From Pseudomonadota bacterium (lineage in GTDB: Bacteria; Myxococcota; JACRCW01; JAFGSX01), in the NCBI GenBank assembly GCA_043821645.1, contig JBDRCO010000044.1, positions 1 through 64,000 of the forward strand: a stretch of 64,000 nucleotides of DNA. The letters run 5' to 3'. Below are positions 1 to 9,018 of the stretch, one piece after another. How positions within the stretch are numbered: the first letter of the stretch is position 1; the number at the start of each line of letters is the position of its first letter. A program made the translations under genes and the position numbers. The notes beneath the pieces are model-generated. The model saw nothing but the letters and a program-made list of their open reading frames with translations. It was not told the origin of the DNA and did no database searches.

Positions 1-2
1 GT

Positions 3-206
3 GCGGTGCGGGTCGGGCTCGCGGTACCAGGCGTCTACCTGGTGGCCGAGGCCACGGCCCAGGGCAGCACGCCCGAGGCCCTCAGCACGGCCGTGCGCGA
101 GGCCTTTGACATCGTGCACCAGCGCGCCCTGGCACGCAGGCAGAAGCTGAACCGGCAGCCGCGGCACGTGGTCCGCCTGCCGCAGCTGGAGCCGAGTGCA
201 GCCTGA
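3..206 (+). CDS. C-terminal fragment of an HPF/RaiA-like ribosome-associated protein (5' end outside window)
   Basis: VRVGLAVPG...AVREAFDIVHQR resembles the HPF/RaiA 'VRIDLxVPG...AIRDAFD' pattern. Confidence 0.5.
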   Translation, partial: AVRVGLAVPGVYLVAEATAQGSTPEALSTAVREAFDIVHQRALARRQKLNRQPRHVVRLPQLEPSAA

Positions 207-266
207 AGATCTTGTCGTGGGTTGAGCAGGGGGGGACGTCACCGAGTCCGCAGTCGGCGAACAGGA

Positions 267-986
267 TCAGGGAGCGCTCTTGATCTTGATGGTGCGCTGC
301 TGGATGCCCCACACCACGCCGCCCTCGCCGTAACCGGTGTCGAGGGTGCCGGCGCGGCGCCGACCCACGGTCACGGTGACGGTGCAGGTGGTGGCTTCCT
401 GGTTCTCGTGGGCCACGATCTCGGCGTGCGGGATCACCGCGGTGCCGGCGTCGCCGTCGAGATCCTTGGTCCAGATCTGGATGCAGTCACCGTCGGCGGT
501 CAGGTGCATGGTGTCGCTGCTGCTCCCTGGATCCCAGGTCACGGTGATGTCGTCGCTGGCGCGCGAGAACTGGGCGTCGGCGGCGGGCACGGTGATGGCA
601 AAGGGCGTGGGCAGGGTCAGGGTGGACTCGGGCGCGCCGTCGTCGACGGTGCGGGTGAAGGCCACCTTGAACGGGGTGTCGGCCGCGTCCGCATCAAAAG
701 TCGCCTCGTACCACACCGCGCCGAGCAGGGTGCGCTTGACCATGTCCTTGTCGGTGGTGTCCTGTGAGGCCACCAGCTTGTCGTTGCCCATCAGGTCCAG
801 GTAGGTGTTCGAGGCGCCGCCGCCCACCCGCAGCGAGGCCTTGACCAGCGACTGGCCCGCGCCATCGGCGGTGGCGGAGATGTCGGCATACACCCCCGAG
901 GTCATCACGTCTTCGCTGTCCACGTTCTCGCAGGCCAGCAGCCACATGCTGCTCGCTGCACACACCACAACCGCCAGCCGCTTCAT
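267..986 (-). CDS. Hypothetical lipoprotein
   Basis: GGAGG RBS before ATG 986; MKRLAVVVCAASSMWLLAC signal peptide with lipobox; beta-rich mature part. Confidence 0.75.
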   Translation of the reverse strand: MKRLAVVVCAASSMWLLACENVDSEDVMTSGVYADISATADGAGQSLVKASLRVGGGASNTYLDLMGNDKLVASQDTTDKDMVKRTLLGAVWYEATFDADAADTPFKVAFTRTVDDGAPESTLTLPTPFAITVPAADAQFSRASDDITVTWDPGSSSDTMHLTADGDCIQIWTKDLDGDAGTAVIPHAEIVAHENQEATTCTVTVTVGRRRAGTLDTGYGEGGVVWGIQQRTIKIKSAP

Positions 987-1234
987 TGTTTCCTCCATCG
1001 GCAAGAGTAAGCTTGGTGAGAACATTCCATCGCAAGTTCATGTTCGAGCCAAGCCCAGTCCTGAGCAAGCTCCGGACCAGGCGCCCGGTCGGCGCGTCAA
1101 GCTGCTGGAATCACGGCGTGGCTCCTCGCTCGTCGGCCCGCGCCGCGGTGCCAGGTCGGGCAGGATCACCGGCAGGCTCGTCAGGGGCTGTGGCGCGGCT
1201 GCAACAGCGTCGCGTGATGCGGATCACGAACGCT

Positions 1235-2314
1235 TCAGGTGCTCGTCAGGCTCTTGACGAAGCAGCGCGCCGTGTCGCGCGCCTCGGCGTCGTACAGGTG
1301 CAGCGAATTACCCTGGCAGCCTGAGAACTCGGCGCAGCCATCGCACTGGCCCTGCTGCATCCACGCGCGATCGCGAAACGGCGCGAAGCGCTTGTCCCAC
1401 ACCTCAAAGAAGTCGTCGCAGCGGATGTTGCCCTGCACCAGGCTGCGGTCAATGTTGGGGCAGCCGGAGATGCTGCCGTCGGCGAGCACCGAGGCGATGC
1501 TGATGCCGGCGCGGCAGAAGTAGGGCTCGCGCCGCACCGCCCGGTCGATGTGCCGGGGCAAAAACCCCTCGCAGGAGAACTGCACGCACAGCTCCCTGTC
1601 GTCGAGCTGAGCGCGCTGCTCGGCGATCCATTCGAACAGCTGGCGCTGCCCGGCGTCGTCGAGCAGCAGCTGCCTGTCCTGGGCGGCGCGGCCCTTGGGG
1701 AAGATGCAGAACAGGCGCCAGGCGCGCACGCCCAGCTCGCGCAGCAGCTCGCGCAGCGCAGGCAGCTGTTCGAGATTGCCCGGGTGCACGCAGGTGACGA
1801 CGTCGAAGAAGGGCAGCCCGGCCGTGACCACGCGCCGGATGCCGTCCACCGCACGCTCGAAGCTGCCGTCGACCCCGCGCAGCCAGTCGTGGCGGTCGCG
1901 CAGACCGTCGAGGCTCACGGTCATGCTCATCAGACCGTGCGCCAGGGCCTTGTGCAGGTTGCGGTCGGTCAGGGCGTAGCCATTGGTGACCATACCCCAC
2001 TGCAATTGATTGCGCTGCAGGCCGTCGAGGATGGCGTCGAGGTGGGGTGCGCAGAAGGGCTCGCCGCCGGTCACCACCAGGGCGAGCTGGCGGCGGTCGA
2101 TGCGGGCGGGCAGCGCGTCGAGAAAGCGCAGCCACTCGTCGGCGCTCAGTTCATCGAGCCGGCTGTCGCGGGTGCAGTCCGAGCCGCAGTGGCGGCAGGC
2201 CAGGTTGCAGCGCTGGGTGATCTCGACGAAGAGGTAGCGCAGCGGATGCACGCTGGTCTCCAGGCTCTTGTAGGCCGGGTACAGCAGGCGGCGCAGCAGG
2301 GGCGAGCGCGACAT
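1235..2314 (-). CDS. Radical SAM/SPASM enzyme, rSAM/lipoprotein-system type (TIGR04133-like)
   Basis: CNLACRHC motif, TGGEP, SLDG, SPASM Cys pattern (CRAG...GCP...CDGCAEFSGCQG...C); N-terminal HPLRYLFVEITQRC; adjacent lipoprotein gene. Confidence 0.85.
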   Translation of the reverse strand: MSRSPLLRRLLYPAYKSLETSVHPLRYLFVEITQRCNLACRHCGSDCTRDSRLDELSADEWLRFLDALPARIDRRQLALVVTGGEPFCAPHLDAILDGLQRNQLQWGMVTNGYALTDRNLHKALAHGLMSMTVSLDGLRDRHDWLRGVDGSFERAVDGIRRVVTAGLPFFDVVTCVHPGNLEQLPALRELLRELGVRAWRLFCIFPKGRAAQDRQLLLDDAGQRQLFEWIAEQRAQLDDRELCVQFSCEGFLPRHIDRAVRREPYFCRAGISIASVLADGSISGCPNIDRSLVQGNIRCDDFFEVWDKRFAPFRDRAWMQQGQCDGCAEFSGCQGNSLHLYDAEARDTARCFVKSLTST

Positions 2315-2377
2315 GGGCGTCCTCGTCGAGACAGGCCGATCATAACACGTGGTGCTGCGACGGATGGGGGAGGGCTG

Positions 2378-2776
2378 CTACAGGTCACCATCAATGCGCA
2401 TCTGCAACGGGCGCAGACCCAGCTCTATCACCTGGTCCTCGTCACCAGGTTCAAAGGGGACCTCGGCCGTGGCGTACTGTCCGCCGTTTTCCTCGCCGTC
2501 GATGTCCTCGACCAGCACAGTCTGGCACGGCCTGTCATAGCCGAGTACAAACTGCCCCTCTTCGTCCGAGTAGGCAAAGCTCTGGATGTCCCCGGTAGGG
2601 GTGGTGCACAGGACCTGTATGCCCGGGATACCGGCCTTGCTCTGGATGTCCAGCACCCGCCCTGGCTTGACAAAGCGCGCGCTCCTGTAGTCGTAGGGCA
2701 TGCCGTAGCAGGCCGCGATGACCACAGGGATGAAGCCAGTCAAGAACCACAGGGCGAACTTTTTAAGCAGGGTCAT
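2378..2776 (-). CDS. Radical SAM-associated lipoprotein (TIGR04134-like)
   Basis: GGAG RBS; signal peptide ending IAA-C followed by YGMP; 'GIPGIQV...SDEEGQF...EDIDGEENGG' beta-sandwich. Confidence 0.75.
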   Translation of the reverse strand: MTLLKKFALWFLTGFIPVVIAACYGMPYDYRSARFVKPGRVLDIQSKAGIPGIQVLCTTPTGDIQSFAYSDEEGQFVLGYDRPCQTVLVEDIDGEENGGQYATAEVPFEPGDEDQVIELGLRPLQMRIDGDL

Positions 2777-2926
2777 GGCCGTCTCCGCATTTGATGTCAG
2801 TCTCACTCAGCTGCAGCCTCTGACATCAAGCTTCGTGCCCAACAATAAAAGTGTTTAAAAACAGATACTTTTTAACAGCGGACAGCTCGGGTATCTGGCA
2901 TTCATGTCAGGTTTGGTCAGGGAGAC

Positions 2927-2975
2927 GTTCCAGGTTCCAGGTTCCCAGTTCCAGGTTCCAGGTTCCAGGTTCCTG
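2927..2975 (+). repeat. Tandem heptamer repeat (GTTCCAG)x7
   Basis: Seven units, five exact, plus GTTCCCA and GTTCCTG. Confidence 0.9.
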
Positions 2976-3012
2976 CGCCCGGTTTCGAGCACACCAGGCC
3001 GGACGCGTCACC

Positions 3013-3054
3013 TTGAGCGTGGCACGGAGCACCTGGCATGTGGAACGTGGCACT
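3013..3054 (+). repeat. Degenerate heptamer repeat (TGGMACG-like)x6, roughly inverse to the 2927 array
   Basis: TTGAGCG TGGCACG GAGCACC TGGCATG TGGAACG TGGCACT. Confidence 0.6.
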
Positions 3055-3106
3055 CCCCCAACACTCCCCCATCCGACCTCCCATGTCGGATCCGAACCTG
3101 GCTGCA

Positions 3107-3135
3107 TTGTAAACAAGACATCTGTCTGCTAAAAC
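3107..3135 (+). promoter_or_regulatory. Putative sigma70 promoter of imuB with a palindromic operator (candidate LexA box) in the spacer
   Basis: TTGTAA-N17-TAAAAC with extended TG; AGAC-ATCT-GTCT palindrome at 3116-3127. Confidence 0.45.
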
Positions 3136-3155
3136 CGTTATTGGAGAGCAGTCAA

Positions 3156-4679
3156 ATGTCTGCATCAAGAACAGCGAGCATCGCGCCGGTGCCGCGCCGC
3201 CTGGCCTGCGTGGTGGTGCCCGCGCTTCCTTTGCAGATCCTGCTGCGCGACCACCCGGACTGGTCGGATCTGCCCTGTGCCACCGTGGATCAGGAACAGC
3301 CCCAGGGCCGGCTGGTGGCCATCAACCGCCGCGCCCGCGAGGCCGGGGTGCTGGTCGGGCAGCGCTTTGCCCATGCCTTGGGCATCTGTCCGGGCCTGCG
3401 CGCCGGGGCGGTGCCGAGCGTGCAGGTGCAGGCGGCCATGCAGCGGCTGGGCGAGCTGCTGCGCGGGTTCTCGCCCGGGGTCGAGCCCTCGGCCGAGTTG
3501 CCGGGCGTGCTGTGGCTGGACGCAGGAGGGCTGGGTCAGCTCTATCCCAGCTTGACAGAATGGGCTGGCGACATCGGATCCGCCTTGACCCAGGCCGGCT
3601 GGGTGGCGCGGGTGGCGGTGGGCTTCTCGCGCTTTGCCAGCTTTGCCCTGGCCAGCGTGGGCGCAGCCGCTGCCGTGCCGGACAGCGTGCAGGCCGAGCG
3701 CCGCGCCGTGCACAAGATCCCCCTGGCGCGGCTGGAGCTGGCGCCGCGCGATCGCGATGCCCTGGCCAGGCTGGGCGTGCACAGCGTGGGCGAGCTGCTG
3801 GCCCTGCCCGCGGGGGGTCTGCGCGGGCGCTTTGGCGCCGAGCTGCACCGCCTGCACCACGAGGCTGCGGGCGATCCCGGCAAACCCCTGGCGCCGCTGC
3901 CCCCGGAGCAGCCTCTGCGCCAGGAGCTGTGGCTGGACGAGGCCGAAGACGACAGGCACCGCCTGCTGTTTTACCTCAAGCGCCTGCTGCACCCCTTGCT
4001 GGACGCCGCCGCCGCGCGGGGTCTGGCGGTGACCGAGCTGCGCCTACGGCTCAAGCTGGAGCGCACCGATTCGCCCCTGCGCGAGAGCCTGCGGCCGGCC
4101 CAGCCGACCCTGGATTCGACCATCCTGAGCGACCTGCTGCGGCTGTGGCTGGAGCGCGTCGCGTTGCCCTGCCCGGTGTGCGAGCTGGCGCTGCGGCTCG
4201 AGGGCGTGCTGGCGGACGTCAAGCAGCTGGCCCTGTTCGAGCACAGGCCACAGCGCGATCTCGAGGCGGGCGAGCGCGCGCTGGCGCGGCTGCGCGCCGA
4301 GCTGGGCGAGTTCGCGGTGGTGTGGGCCGAGCTGCGCGAGGCGCACCTGCCCGAGGCGCAGGTGCAGTGGCAGCCACTGACCCGGCTGCTGCCTGCGCAG
4401 CCGGATCCGCACCAACCCACGCAGCTGGTGCGCGCCCTGTACGACCGCCCCCTGGCCCTGCCGCCGCGGCTGCGCCTGAGTCCGGACGGCTGGCTGTTGC
4501 GCGGCGTGGCCGAGGGCGCGGTGCAGCGCATGGTGGGCCCCTATCTGACCACCGGCGGCTGGTGGGTGCGCGAGGTGGTGCGCGCCTATCATTTTGCCGA
4601 GATGCACAGGGGCCAGGTGCTGTGGCTGTACGAGGACAGGGTGCGCAAGCGCTGGTTCGTGCACGGCGAGCTCAGGTGA
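3156..4679 (+). CDS. imuB: ImuB-like Y-family DNA polymerase accessory protein
   Basis: RLACVVVPALPLQ N-terminus, 'AINRRAREAGV..GQ', LGVHSVGELLAL, HLPE, C-terminal GPY..TGGWW...R.YH...LWLYED...WFVHG. Confidence 0.85.
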   Translation: MSASRTASIAPVPRRLACVVVPALPLQILLRDHPDWSDLPCATVDQEQPQGRLVAINRRAREAGVLVGQRFAHALGICPGLRAGAVPSVQVQAAMQRLGELLRGFSPGVEPSAELPGVLWLDAGGLGQLYPSLTEWAGDIGSALTQAGWVARVAVGFSRFASFALASVGAAAAVPDSVQAERRAVHKIPLARLELAPRDRDALARLGVHSVGELLALPAGGLRGRFGAELHRLHHEAAGDPGKPLAPLPPEQPLRQELWLDEAEDDRHRLLFYLKRLLHPLLDAAAARGLAVTELRLRLKLERTDSPLRESLRPAQPTLDSTILSDLLRLWLERVALPCPVCELALRLEGVLADVKQLALFEHRPQRDLEAGERALARLRAELGEFAVVWAELREAHLPEAQVQWQPLTRLLPAQPDPHQPTQLVRALYDRPLALPPRLRLSPDGWLLRGVAEGAVQRMVGPYLTTGGWWVREVVRAYHFAEMHRGQVLWLYEDRVRKRWFVHGELR

Positions 4680-4809
4680 TCCCTGGCCCGCGCCTGAACT
4701 GGGGTGTGCAGGCCCCGGGACCTGGGGAGGCGACTCCCCAGTGTTGGTCCAAAGCGACGGAGGCAATAAAAAAAGCGAATGATTTCGTGATAAAAAACAT
4801 CAAGATCCG

Positions 4810-4825
4810 TGGCGCGTGGCTTGCA
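4810..4825 (+). promoter_or_regulatory. sigma54 -24/-12 promoter
   Basis: TGGCGCG-TGGC-TTGCA matches TGGCRCG-N4-TTGCW; AT-rich tract upstream; ~30 nt before the FHA gene. Confidence 0.7.
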
Positions 4826-4855
4826 CATGCAAGGGGTGGGGAGAACGGAGTCCAC

Positions 4856-5359
4856 ATGAGCCACCAGCACCAACCCGCAGCCATCACGTTCCCCGCCGAC
4901 TCCAGCGCGCCCACCAGCCGAGCACGCCCGAGCGCTCTGGCCGCAGCTCCGTCGCCGGCCCGGGTCAACGAGTTCAGCGAGCTGCGCACCCTGGCTGCAG
5001 AACGCAGGTCCCAGCACCCGGCCCCACTTCAGCTCGACCGGCGCGAGGCGGTGCTGAGGCTGACGGTTCCGGGGCAGCGCGTGCAGCAGGTGCGTTTGCT
5101 CGAAGGCAGCGCCATGGTGGTGGGCCGCACCGGCAGCGCCGACCTCACGGTGCGGGACGCCGCCCTGTCGCGCACGCACCTGCGGCTGCAGCTGGGAGCC
5201 GAGGGCGTGGAGCTCACCGATCTCGGCAGCACCAACGGCTCGTTCGTGCGCGGCAAGATGGTGGATCGCGCCCTGCTGCAAATCGGCGAGCGGGTCCTGT
5301 TTGGCCAGTCCGTGCTCGAGGTCGTGCGCATCTCGAGCTGCGAGCGCGCCGCCGCCTGA
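4856..5359 (+). CDS. FHA domain protein
   Basis: VVGR...D..LSRTH...DLGSTNGSFV FHA motifs; GGAG RBS. Confidence 0.85.
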   Translation: MSHQHQPAAITFPADSSAPTSRARPSALAAAPSPARVNEFSELRTLAAERRSQHPAPLQLDRREAVLRLTVPGQRVQQVRLLEGSAMVVGRTGSADLTVRDAALSRTHLRLQLGAEGVELTDLGSTNGSFVRGKMVDRALLQIGERVLFGQSVLEVVRISSCERAAA

Positions 5360-5468
5360 CCCCCCCCCGCACCGCACGCGATGCCACGCACGGCAGCGGC
5401 GCCTGCATTGACGGCACGTCCGGGCAGTCTCTACGATGGCGTCGAGGCCGCGTGCAGACGGGGACCGG

Positions 5469-7559
5469 ATGCGTCAGTGTTGTTCATGCCAGGTCACGAT
5501 TCCCGCGCAGGCCAGGTTCTGCACGACCTGCGGCACTCGCCAGCCGGACGAGTCGGCGCCCGAGGTCCGCAGCAGCGACGACACCGACGTCGACAGGCCC
5601 GCGGCCGAGGAAGAGACCTTGATGCGCGATCCGCTGATCGGGCGCACCATAGGTCGCAACTACCGGATCGAACAGCTGCTGGGCGTCGGGGGCATGGGCA
5701 AGGTCTACCGCGCCACCCAGCTCTCGCTGGAGAAGACCGTCGCCCTCAAGCTGCTGCACGCGCAGTACAATTCCGACGAGACAACGGTGCATCGCTTCCA
5801 TCGCGAAGCACGCGCCGCGAGCCGGCTCGAGCACCCCAACATCATCACCATCCTCGATTTCGGGCAGGACGCAGATGGCACCCTGTTCATGGCCATGGAG
5901 CTGCTGCGCGGCCGCGACCTGCACGCCGTGTTGCAACGCGACGGTATTCTCGACGAGGCGAGAGCCGCGCGCATCGTGAGCCAGATCTGTGCGGCGCTCA
6001 ACGAGGCGCACCAGAAAGGGGTGATTCACCGCGACCTCAAGCTGACCAACATCGTGGTCGAGGACAGGCCCGAGCGTCGCGACGTGGTCAAGCTGTTCGA
6101 CTTTGGCATTGCCAAGGTGCAACGCCCCGGTGGCCAGGACACGCGCATCCTGACGTCGAGCGGCGTGGTCTGCGGCACGCCCGAGTACATGTCGCCGGAA
6201 CAGATTCGCGGCCAGCAGCTGGATCCGCGCACCGACATCTACTCGCTGGGCGTGGTGCTGTACCAGCTCACCACCGCCGAGTTCCCGTTCCGCGCCGACA
6301 ATCCCATCGACGTGGCGGCCAAGCACGTGACCACGCGACCGCCGTCGCCTCGCCAGTTCAAGCCCGACATGTCGACGGAGATGGAAGCGTTGATCCTGCG
6401 CTGCCTGGAGAAGAAGCCCGAGAAGCGCTTTCAAAGTGCCCTCGAGCTGGGCCAGGCTCTGGCGGAGCTGGCCAGCAAGCAAGAGGAGATGGGGGCGGCG
6501 CAGCCGGCCGTGGCAGTGGATCCCCAGGCGCCGCGGCTCGAAGCGGTGGACGACGCGTCCGCGCGGGCCGACACGATGCCCGATCCCGAGCCCGCCCCGA
6601 TCGCGCTGGGCCGCGCCACCGAGACCATCGACGTCGTGGTCGACCTGTCCGGGGTGGCGCCGTCGACGCCGGTTGCGCTGCCAGTCGAGCCCCCTGCCCC
6701 GAAGCTGGTCGACGAGGCGCGCCCCGTGCCGCCGCCGGTGACCCTGGATGGCACCCTGCCCGCGACCGAGGCCTCGGGCGCAGCGCTGGCGGAGAATGAC
6801 GACGACGGGCCGGGGTCCGCGGACACCCGAACCCTGGCGCGGGCGATCCCCGACGAGCCGCCCAGCGAGCTCAGGCTGCCGCAGCCACCGCAGCGCGTCG
6901 CCTTGCTGGCGACCTCGGCAGTGGCCCTGTTGCTGGTCACCAGTCTCGCGACCGTGCTGGCGTGGCGCGCCTGGCGCTGGGATGCCACGGTACAGCAGAC
7001 AGCCGCGACCGATGCCGCGCTCGCTGTCGTGGTGGGCAGCGGGGCCGACGCAAGCGTCGCGCGGGATGTGGACGGACGTCTGACGCAGGCGGAGAGCCAG
7101 GACGCTGCGGTGGTCGCGGTGGCCGCCGCGTCTGCAGATGCGGCGCGCCACGAGCCAGGCCCCCGCTCCGGAGATGCGGGACCAGCTGGCCAGCACACCG
7201 CCGTCACCTCAGCGCAGCCCACACCGACGCCCGTGGCGACCCGGGATCCCGTCGCAAAGGACCCTGTCGTCGAGACCCCGCGGCCCGCCAAGTTCGACAA
7301 GCGGCGCCTGTTTGATCTGCTCACCAAGGGGGATATTCGCCACGAGGCCGGAGACTACGAGGGCGCGCTCGAGTTCTACCAGAAGGCTCTCAAGCTCGCC
7401 CACAACGAGCCCCGGGTGCATCAGAAGCTGGCGCTGGCCTACCACAACCTGGGTCGCTTCGCCGAGTCCTGCACGGCCCTGGGCACCTTCTTGCGGCTGG
7501 AACCACACCCTCCCGGCGAGGACTACTACCGGGCGCTGATCATGCGCAACTGCCAGTGA
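5469..7559 (+). CDS. Membrane Ser/Thr protein kinase with N-terminal zinc ribbon and C-terminal TPR
   Basis: CxxC...CxxC; GVGGMGKVY, VALK, HRDLK..N, DFG, GTPEYMSPE; TM helix; TPR-like tail. Confidence 0.92.
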   Translation: MRQCCSCQVTIPAQARFCTTCGTRQPDESAPEVRSSDDTDVDRPAAEEETLMRDPLIGRTIGRNYRIEQLLGVGGMGKVYRATQLSLEKTVALKLLHAQYNSDETTVHRFHREARAASRLEHPNIITILDFGQDADGTLFMAMELLRGRDLHAVLQRDGILDEARAARIVSQICAALNEAHQKGVIHRDLKLTNIVVEDRPERRDVVKLFDFGIAKVQRPGGQDTRILTSSGVVCGTPEYMSPEQIRGQQLDPRTDIYSLGVVLYQLTTAEFPFRADNPIDVAAKHVTTRPPSPRQFKPDMSTEMEALILRCLEKKPEKRFQSALELGQALAELASKQEEMGAAQPAVAVDPQAPRLEAVDDASARADTMPDPEPAPIALGRATETIDVVVDLSGVAPSTPVALPVEPPAPKLVDEARPVPPPVTLDGTLPATEASGAALAENDDDGPGSADTRTLARAIPDEPPSELRLPQPPQRVALLATSAVALLLVTSLATVLAWRAWRWDATVQQTAATDAALAVVVGSGADASVARDVDGRLTQAESQDAAVVAVAAASADAARHEPGPRSGDAGPAGQHTAVTSAQPTPTPVATRDPVAKDPVVETPRPAKFDKRRLFDLLTKGDIRHEAGDYEGALEFYQKALKLAHNEPRVHQKLALAYHNLGRFAESCTALGTFLRLEPHPPGEDYYRALIMRNCQ

Positions 7560-7581
7560 GGCGTGGCGAGGAGACAACAGG

Positions 7582-9018
7582 GTGAAACGACCCCGGGTGC
7601 TGTGGGCGCGCGCGCCCTGGCGGCAACGCACGCGACGTCTGATGAGGCCGGTGGTGCGCGCGGCGCTGCAACGCTCGGCGACGCTTCCTCCGTCCTACTG
7701 GGGCTTGCGTGTCGTCGACGGCAGGCTGCACGCCGGTGCGGTGGATCTGGCCGGCCTGTGTCCGCAGCACGGCTCGCCCCTGCACGTGGTGCTGGGGTCG
7801 CGTCTGCGCGACAAGGTGCAGTGCTGCCAGGCGGCATTGGCGGGCGCGTCCACGGAACTGTTCTTTTCATACAAGACCAACCCGGTGCCGGGCGTGCTGC
7901 GCGTGCTCCACGCACTGGGCGTCGGAGCCGAGGTCATCAGCCCCTACGAGTTGTGGCTGGCACAGCAGCTCGGCGTGCCCGGGCAGCAGATCGTGTACGG
8001 CGGCCCGGGCAAGGATGCACCGTCGATCCGGCGCGCCCTCGAGCTGGACATCCGCATGATCAACGTCAACCACCGCGAGGAACTCGAGGTGATCGCCGCC
8101 CAGGCTGCGGCGCTGGGTCGGCGCGCGCGGATCGCGCTGCGGGTGGCACCGGCCGGGGGCTGGAGCTGGCAGTTCGGGCTGTCCATCGCCGGTGGCGAGG
8201 CGCTCGAGGGTTTTCGCGCCGCGCTGGCCTCCCCCCATCTCCAGGTGGTGGGCTTGCACGCGCACCGCGGCGAGCTGATGCGCAGCGTCGGGGAGCTCCG
8301 TTCGTTTGTGCAGCCCGTGCTGACCTTCTGCGATGAGCTGCGGCGTGAGCTGAAACTCGACCTCGAGCTGCTGGACCTGGGCGGGAGCCTGGCCGTGCCG
8401 TCGGTGGCGTCGTCGCCGGCCCTCGAACGTCGCCTCGAGCGTGCTTTCTTGCTGCCAACGCCGGCGCCCGACCCCGCCGCGACCTTGACCCTGCCTGCTT
8501 ACGCGGCCGAAGTGTCGCGCCAGGTCGCCGCGCACTTCAATGCCCGGGGCCGACCCGTGCCGACGGTGATCCTCGAGCCCGGCCGCGCGCTCAGTGCCGA
8601 TTGCCAGCTCTTGCTGTGCCAGGTGCGCACGCTCAAGGCCAGAGCGGAGCCTCCGACCTACGCCATCCTCGATGCCGGCATCCACGTCGCCGAACCCGTG
8701 GCGCATGCGCATCACACGCTGTTCGCGGCCACGCGCATGAGCGCGCCCGCCACCACCACCTGGCGCCTGGTAGGGCCCACCTGCACGCCCCACGACGTGC
8801 TGTACAGCGCCTGGCAAGGTCCCGAGCTGCAGGTCGGCGACGTGCTCGCCATCATGGACGCGGGCGCGTACCTGGTGCCCTTCTCGACCACCTTCTCGTT
8901 TCCACGACCAGGCGTGGTGCTGGTGGACGACGGTCGGGTCGTGCTGTTGCGCCGGGCCGAGACCTTTGAGGATCTGGTGGCGCGCGACGTCATGAACTCA
9001 CTTGAAGGTGAAGGGTAG
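7582..9018 (+). CDS. PLP-dependent decarboxylase, diaminopimelate decarboxylase (LysA)-like
   Basis: SYKTN PLP lysine, HAHRG, DLGG, EPGRAL, GPTCTPHD, GAY. Confidence 0.85.
   Translation: MKRPRVLWARAPWRQRTRRLMRPVVRAALQRSATLPPSYWGLRVVDGRLHAGAVDLAGLCPQHGSPLHVVLGSRLRDKVQCCQAALAGASTELFFSYKTNPVPGVLRVLHALGVGAEVISPYELWLAQQLGVPGQQIVYGGPGKDAPSIRRALELDIRMINVNHREELEVIAAQAAALGRRARIALRVAPAGGWSWQFGLSIAGGEALEGFRAALASPHLQVVGLHAHRGELMRSVGELRSFVQPVLTFCDELRRELKLDLELLDLGGSLAVPSVASSPALERRLERAFLLPTPAPDPAATLTLPAYAAEVSRQVAAHFNARGRPVPTVILEPGRALSADCQLLLCQVRTLKARAEPPTYAILDAGIHVAEPVAHAHHTLFAATRMSAPATTTWRLVGPTCTPHDVLYSAWQGPELQVGDVLAIMDAGAYLVPFSTTFSFPRPGVVLVDDGRVVLLRRAETFEDLVARDVMNSLEGEG

Noticed and set aside
2927-3054. 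CRISPR array
   Set aside because: Units are 7 bp with no spacers, and no cas genes are present
2904-3155. N-terminal extension of ImuB
   Set aside because: It translates the heptamer repeats and the promoter region
3512-4855. Long N-terminal extension of the FHA ORF (615 aa)
   Set aside because: Shadow frame over imuB; the real start is 4856, with RBS and sigma54 site
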